From: Ascoidea asiatica JCM 7603
Taxonomy: Eukaryota > Fungi > Ascomycota
NCBI GenBank assembly: GCA_001600695.1
Contig: BCKQ01000004.1
Location: forward strand, 1,354,321 to 1,418,320
Direction of reading: 5' to 3'
Length of the DNA: 64,000 nt
Below are positions 59,036 through 64,000 of the stretch, piece by piece. How positions within the stretch are numbered: position 1 is the first letter of the stretch; every line of letters begins with the position of its first letter. Under the pieces are notes generated by a model, which was given only the letters and a program-made list of their open reading frames with translations, was not told where the DNA came from and ran no database searches. The position numbers and the translations under genes are program-made.

Positions 59036-60613
59036 ATGGTAAAAATTTCAATTTTTAGAAAAGCTTGGAATTTATTTTATAAACAACCTGAAAAACCAAG
59101 TTCAGCTTCAATATTACCTTCTGTATTAGTTGGTGCTTTTGCTTCTTTTGGTGGTATTCTTTGGGGTTATGATATTGGTTCAATTTCTGGAATTTTAGGA
59201 ATGGATTATGTTTTAAAAACATTTCCAGAAGATAATCCTGGAATTTTTACTTCTGCAGAAACTGGAATTATTGTTTCTATTTTATCTTTAGGTACTTTTA
59301 TAGGTTCATTAACATGTCCATTTATTGCTGATACTTTTGGTAGAAAATATGTAATATTAAGTTCATTAATTATTTTCACACTTGGAATTATTTTACAAAC
59401 TGCTTCAACAACAATTAATTTATTATTACCAGGAAGATTTATTGCAGGTTTTGGTGTTGGTTTTATTTCTGCTACAATTCCATTATATCAATCAGAAACT
59501 GTACCTAAAAATATTCGTGGTGCAATAGTTTCTATATATCAAGTTTCAATTAGTTTAGGTATTTTTTTAGCTGCATGTATTGAACAAGGTACTCATAATC
59601 GTAATGATTCTGGTTCATATAGAATTCCAATTGCAATTCAATTCTTATGGGCTTTAATCTTAGGTATTGGAATGATTCTATTACCTGATACTCCAAGATT
59701 TTTTATAACTAAAAATAATGAAAAAAAAGCAAAAAAATCATTATCTTTTTTTAGAAAATTACCAATAAATCATAATGAAATTAATGATGAATATAATGAA
59801 ATTAAAGCAAATTATGATTATGAATGTTCAATTGGAAATTCAACTTGGTTAGATTGTTTTAAAAAAGGAAATTCTCAATTTAAAAGAATTATGACTGGTG
59901 CTGGTGTTCAAGCATTTCAACAATTAACTGGTACTAATTTTATATTTTTTTATGGTACAACTTTTTTTAAAAAAGCTGGAATTCAAAATGCTTTTACAAT
60001 TCAAGTTATTACAAATATTACAAATTTAATTATGACATGTCCTGGAGTAATTTTAGTTGAAATGTGGGGTAGAAGACCATTATTAATTTATGGTGCAATT
60101 GCAATGGCTATTTTTGATTTTATTATTGCAATTGTTGGTTCAATTATTACCTCAGATTCTGCTAATAAATGTTTAATTGCATTTTCATGTTTATTCATTG
60201 CTACCATGGGTCTTACTTGGGGACCTGTTGCTTGGGTTGTAATTGGTGAACTTTTCCCATTAAGAACAAGAGCAAAATCTGTTGCATTTTCAACTGCTTC
60301 AAATTGGATTTGGAATTTTGGTATTGCATATGCTACACCATATTTAGTTAATTCTGGAAAAGGAAATGCAGATTTAGGAACAAGCGTTTTTTTCATTTGG
60401 GGTGGTTGTAATGTTGGAGCAGCAATTTTTGCATTTTTATTCATTTATGAAACAAAAAATTTAACTTTAGAAGAAATTGATGAAATGTATGATGAATATT
60501 CAACTGCAAGGAATTCATCAAAATTTGTTCCTAGATCTCTTAAAGAACTTAGAGAACATGAAATAGATGTATCTAAAACCAATGAAAAGGATTTTGTTGA
60601 AGAACTTGCTTAG
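59036..60613 (+). CDS. MFS sugar porter, GXS1/HGT (high-affinity glucose/xylose symporter) group, lacking a sensor tail
   Basis: FGGILWGYD, DTFGRK, PLYQSETVPK.IRG, SYRIPIAIQ, PDTPR, QQLTG.NFIFFYG, TWGPVAWVVIGELFPLRTRAK, ASNWIWNF, YETKNLTLEE. Confidence 0.92.
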   Translation: MVKISIFRKAWNLFYKQPEKPSSASILPSVLVGAFASFGGILWGYDIGSISGILGMDYVLKTFPEDNPGIFTSAETGIIVSILSLGTFIGSLTCPFIADTFGRKYVILSSLIIFTLGIILQTASTTINLLLPGRFIAGFGVGFISATIPLYQSETVPKNIRGAIVSIYQVSISLGIFLAACIEQGTHNRNDSGSYRIPIAIQFLWALILGIGMILLPDTPRFFITKNNEKKAKKSLSFFRKLPINHNEINDEYNEIKANYDYECSIGNSTWLDCFKKGNSQFKRIMTGAGVQAFQQLTGTNFIFFYGTTFFKKAGIQNAFTIQVITNITNLIMTCPGVILVEMWGRRPLLIYGAIAMAIFDFIIAIVGSIITSDSANKCLIAFSCLFIATMGLTWGPVAWVVIGELFPLRTRAKSVAFSTASNWIWNFGIAYATPYLVNSGKGNADLGTSVFFIWGGCNVGAAIFAFLFIYETKNLTLEEIDEMYDEYSTARNSSKFVPRSLKELREHEIDVSKTNEKDFVEELA

Positions 60614-60732
60614 TTAAAAATTAAAACAAATTTATTTATGAAAACTAACAATCGTTATCATAATTTTTAGCTTTTTATATTAACTATTTTATCTCATATC
60701 AAACGCTTTATGTATGACGTAAATCTATTTGA

Positions 60733-61836
60733 ATTGAATATTCTACTTTTCTTTTTATTATTTTTACCCTGGATATTACCAATGAAAATCTCATTGATTT
60801 AAATAATATTTCAAAAGAACATAATCAAATTTTTTTAAATAATGAAACTACTATTCCAAGAAATAATTTTGAAAGTTCTAGTTCTAGTTCTAGTTCTTTT
60901 GGTCTTGAGCAATTTGAAATGGTTCTTCCTCCATCACGATCATTACAACCATCACCCATAGTTGAGAGAATGGTACTTGAAACACATAATGGTATGCTTG
61001 GAACTGTATTTATTTCTAAAAATAATAATACTGAAAATGTTCCTTTAATTGTTACAACTTATTTTAGACATTCTTTGTCTGGGTTAATAAATTCTACAAT
61101 TATTTCTATGTTTTGTGATACAAATTTTAAGAAACAAGAAAAAGGCATTGATTGAATTAACTTTCAAAAAAATAAATTTTAACTTTTAATTTAATTCTAT
61201 TTCATTATAGAATAGATATAATTGAAAGAAAGAATATACTTAAGATATAAACATGAAAGAGACAATTAATTATTTGGTCTAATTTGTATCAATTAGTTAA
61301 ATATATTCCAAATTATTTTTCATATTATTATAATAAAAATGAACTTATAAAAGGATTTTTGAAAATTTTAGGTATTGTTTCTCTAAAATAAGATGATGAA
61401 TTTTATTCTTAGTTAAAGTTATTATTTACTTATGAAATGAAAACCCGATTTAAAGATTTAAAATAAATAAATAAAATTAAAGATTTACTTAATTTCAGGT
61501 TCAAATGAAGCTAATAATCATGAACTTCAATCATACCATACATTACCTGATATTTTTAATAATAATTTAGAAGTTATATTATCATTTTCAATTAAAAAAA
61601 AAAGAAATAATCCATTATTATATTCAAAATATTTTTTTAAAATAATTTTTTTGATTATGAAAGTTTAAAAATTAATTCAAGTAGAAAATGTTATAAATTA
61701 GAAACAACAGGAAGTTTTTGAATTTTATTCATTAAATAATATTGTAAATGAATTATATACTTTAAGACCAGAATTTATGAAATGTGATCATACATCAAAT
61801 TATCATGAAAGTATAATTAATAATTGGAATATTTAA
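60733..61836 (+). pseudogene. 5'-truncated, decayed protein-coding gene of unknown family
   Basis: Frame of ORF 60919-61155 is open upstream to 60733 without an ATG (DITNENLIDLNNISKEH...ESSSSSSSSFGLEQFE). Coding-like pieces continue past stops and frameshifts (IIWSNLYQLVKYIPNYF..., ...NELYTLRPEFMKCDHTSNYHESIINNWNI*). Confidence 0.6.
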
Positions 61837-62251
61837 AATATCAAAAAACAACACTAGGGAATGAAAAATAAAAAATTCAAAAAAAAATTCAAAAAGTAGG
61901 AAAGCAAATAAAAATTTAGTCTATATTATATAATACTTTACCCAATTTTTATTTTTTTTATTTACTTTTACATTTACTTTCGCATTTATAGTAATAAATA
62001 TATAAATATTTGTAAGTTTTTATTTTTAAGGTAAAAAAAACTTTCATTGAAGTTGTGCATCACCCTTGCCTTTGTGTGCAGGTGGTTGAGAAAATGCGTG
62101 AATATTGCGAAGAAACGAACGCATGCGCAAAATAGTTGGAAAATTTCCAAATTTCCCGATATGCAGAAAAAAGTGGGACATAAATATTAAAGTTTCGGAA
62201 AAATAAAAAAAATAAAAAAAATAAAAATATAAAGAAAGTAGAAAAAAAAAC

Positions 62252-62325
62252 TGATTTTGCCCAGGATCGAACTGGGGACGTTCTGCGTGTTAAGCAGATG
62301 CCATAACCAACTAGACCACAAAACC
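62252..62325 (-). tRNA. tRNA-Val(AAC), identical to the copy at 48863-48936
   Basis: Same 74-nt sequence. Confidence 0.96.
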
Positions 62326-62687
62326 AATCTTTGGTTTTTCTTTTCCATTATTATTTTGAATACTTCTCTGGACAAGAAGTGTTTAAATTTTTTAAATATC
62401 AAAAATGCTTTTTTTTTTTTTTTTGTTGGTTTTGATACACTTGAATTATTATTTTAATAATACTTTCAAAAAATTTAAATCATGAAAATCTTGTTTATAA
62501 TAACTATTGAAACTAAATAGAGGAGTGAAATAAAAGATTGAGAAAAAGTAAATGAGTAAGTGAGTAAATGATAAATGAGAAATGAGTAAATGAGAAAGTG
62601 AAATGATTAAATTCGTAAGATATAAAAAAGTTAATAAAAAAAAAGAAAGAAGAAAAGAATATTTTAAATCATTTGTTTTTCAATTAA

Positions 62688-64000
62688 TTAAGCAACTTCT
62701 TCAATTGATTCTTTTTCATCATTCTCTTTTTCTTTTTGAATAATATTAATATCATCTTTAAGTTGAGATAAAGGTATAAATTTAGAAGAATGCCAAGCAT
62801 GAGGATATTCATCATACATTTGATCAATTTCTTCTAAAGTTAAATTTTTTGTTTCATAAATCATAAAATAAGCAAAAATTGCAGCTAAAATATTACAACC
62901 ACCCCAAATGAAAAAAACTTTTGTACCTAAATCTGCATTACCAGGACCAGAATCAATCATATATGGAGTTGCATAACCAATACCAAAATTCCAAATCCAA
63001 TTTGAAGCAGTTGATAAAGAAACAGATTTTGCTCTTGTTCTTAATGGAAAAAGTTCACCAACTACAACCCAACCAACAGGACCCCAAGTTGTACCAAAAA
63101 ATGCAATAAATATACAAGAAAATGCAATTAAACATTTTTTAGCAGAATCTGAATTTGCACATTCACCAATTATAGAAATTAAAAGATCAGAAATTCCCAT
63201 ACCAATTGCACCCCAAAATAATAATGGTCTTCTACCCCAAATTTCAATTAAAATTACACCTGGAATTGTCATAACAAAATTTGTAATATTTGTAATAACT
63301 TGAACAGTAAATGCATTTGTAATACCAGCATCTGCGAAAAATGTTGTACCATAATAAAATATAAAATTTATACCAGTTAATTGTTGTAAAGCTTGTACAG
63401 AAGTACCAGTAATAATTCTTTTTAATTGAGAATTACCAGTTCTAAAAACATCTAACCAAGTTGAACTACCAAAAGAACATTCATAATCATAATTTGCTTT
63501 AATTTCATTATATTCTTCTTCTAATTCTGGATGATTTATTGGTAATTTTCTTAAAAATGATAATGATTTTTTTGCTTTTTTTTCATTATTTTTAGTTATA
63601 AAAAATCTTGGAGTTTCTGGTAAAAAAATCATTCCAATACCTAAGATTAAAGCCCATAAAAATTGAATTGCAATTGGAATTCTATAAGAAGCAGAAGAAT
63701 CAATATTATGAGTACCTTGTTCAACACAAGAAGCTAAAAAAATACCTAAACTTATAGCTAATTGATAAATTGAAACAATTGCACCACGTAAACCTTTTGG
63801 TACAGTTTCAGCTTGATATAATGGAATTGTAGCAGAAACAAAACCTAAACCTAAACCTGCAATAAATCTACCAGCTAATAATAAACCAATTGTTGTTGAA
63901 GCAGTTTGTAAAACAATACCTAAATTAAAAGTAAAAAGTGAAGAAATAATTATTACCCATTTTCTACCTAAATTATCAGCAATAAATGGAGCTAATAAAG
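62688..64000 (-). CDS. MFS sugar porter, close paralog of 59036-60613; 5' end lies beyond the window
   Basis: Frame is open to the window edge (LLAPFIADNLGRKW...PLYQAETVPKGLRG...); near-identical blocks such as TPRFFITKNNEKKAKKSLSF and GELFPLRTRAKSV. Confidence 0.92.
   Translation of the reverse strand, partial: LLAPFIADNLGRKWVIIISSLFTFNLGIVLQTASTTIGLLLAGRFIAGLGLGFVSATIPLYQAETVPKGLRGAIVSIYQLAISLGIFLASCVEQGTHNIDSSASYRIPIAIQFLWALILGIGMIFLPETPRFFITKNNEKKAKKSLSFLRKLPINHPELEEEYNEIKANYDYECSFGSSTWLDVFRTGNSQLKRIITGTSVQALQQLTGINFIFYYGTTFFADAGITNAFTVQVITNITNFVMTIPGVILIEIWGRRPLLFWGAIGMGISDLLISIIGECANSDSAKKCLIAFSCIFIAFFGTTWGPVGWVVVGELFPLRTRAKSVSLSTASNWIWNFGIGYATPYMIDSGPGNADLGTKVFFIWGGCNILAAIFAYFMIYETKNLTLEEIDQMYDEYPHAWHSSKFIPLSQLKDDINIIQKEKENDEKESIEEVA

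Noticed and set aside
59036-60613. Snf3/Rgt2 glucose sensor
   Set aside because: Lacks the long C-terminal signalling tail
55800-62300. Ty/LTR remnants next to tRNA genes
   Set aside because: No TG...CA-bounded repeat, target-site duplication or gag/pol similarity recognisable by eye
48067-62325. A tRNA with CAG anticodon that would settle the genetic code
   Set aside because: All anticodons read are UGA, GCC, CCA, AAC, UGU, UAA, GAA, UUC and UUU; none is CAG

Overview
Eukaryotic DNA from an extremely AT-rich budding yeast (Saccharomycotina). Poly-Asn-rich proteins and very rare CTG codons suggest an Ascoidea-like lineage with non-standard CUG decoding; this is inference. The left ~41 kb is a housekeeping/regulatory block: NDT80-like TF, CRZ1, HOP2, SPT20, PCI-like orphan, NPC2, SEC63, PET127, a conserved hypothetical, spliced VPS68, MCK1, SLX5, YCK3 and an F-box/LRR gene. 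These genes are separated by short GC-rich promoter islands. The right ~22 kb is an accessory nutrient-uptake region with two Zn2Cys6 TFs, a LAC12/cellodextrin-type MFS transporter, a UGA4-type permease and an inverted pair of GXS1/HGT-type sugar porters. It is interleaved with 10 tRNA loci (one a degenerate tRNA-Trp) and at least three decayed protein-gene remnants missed by the ORF track. No transposon, CRISPR array or rRNA was recognised. All gene calls come from motif recognition by eye, without database searches.
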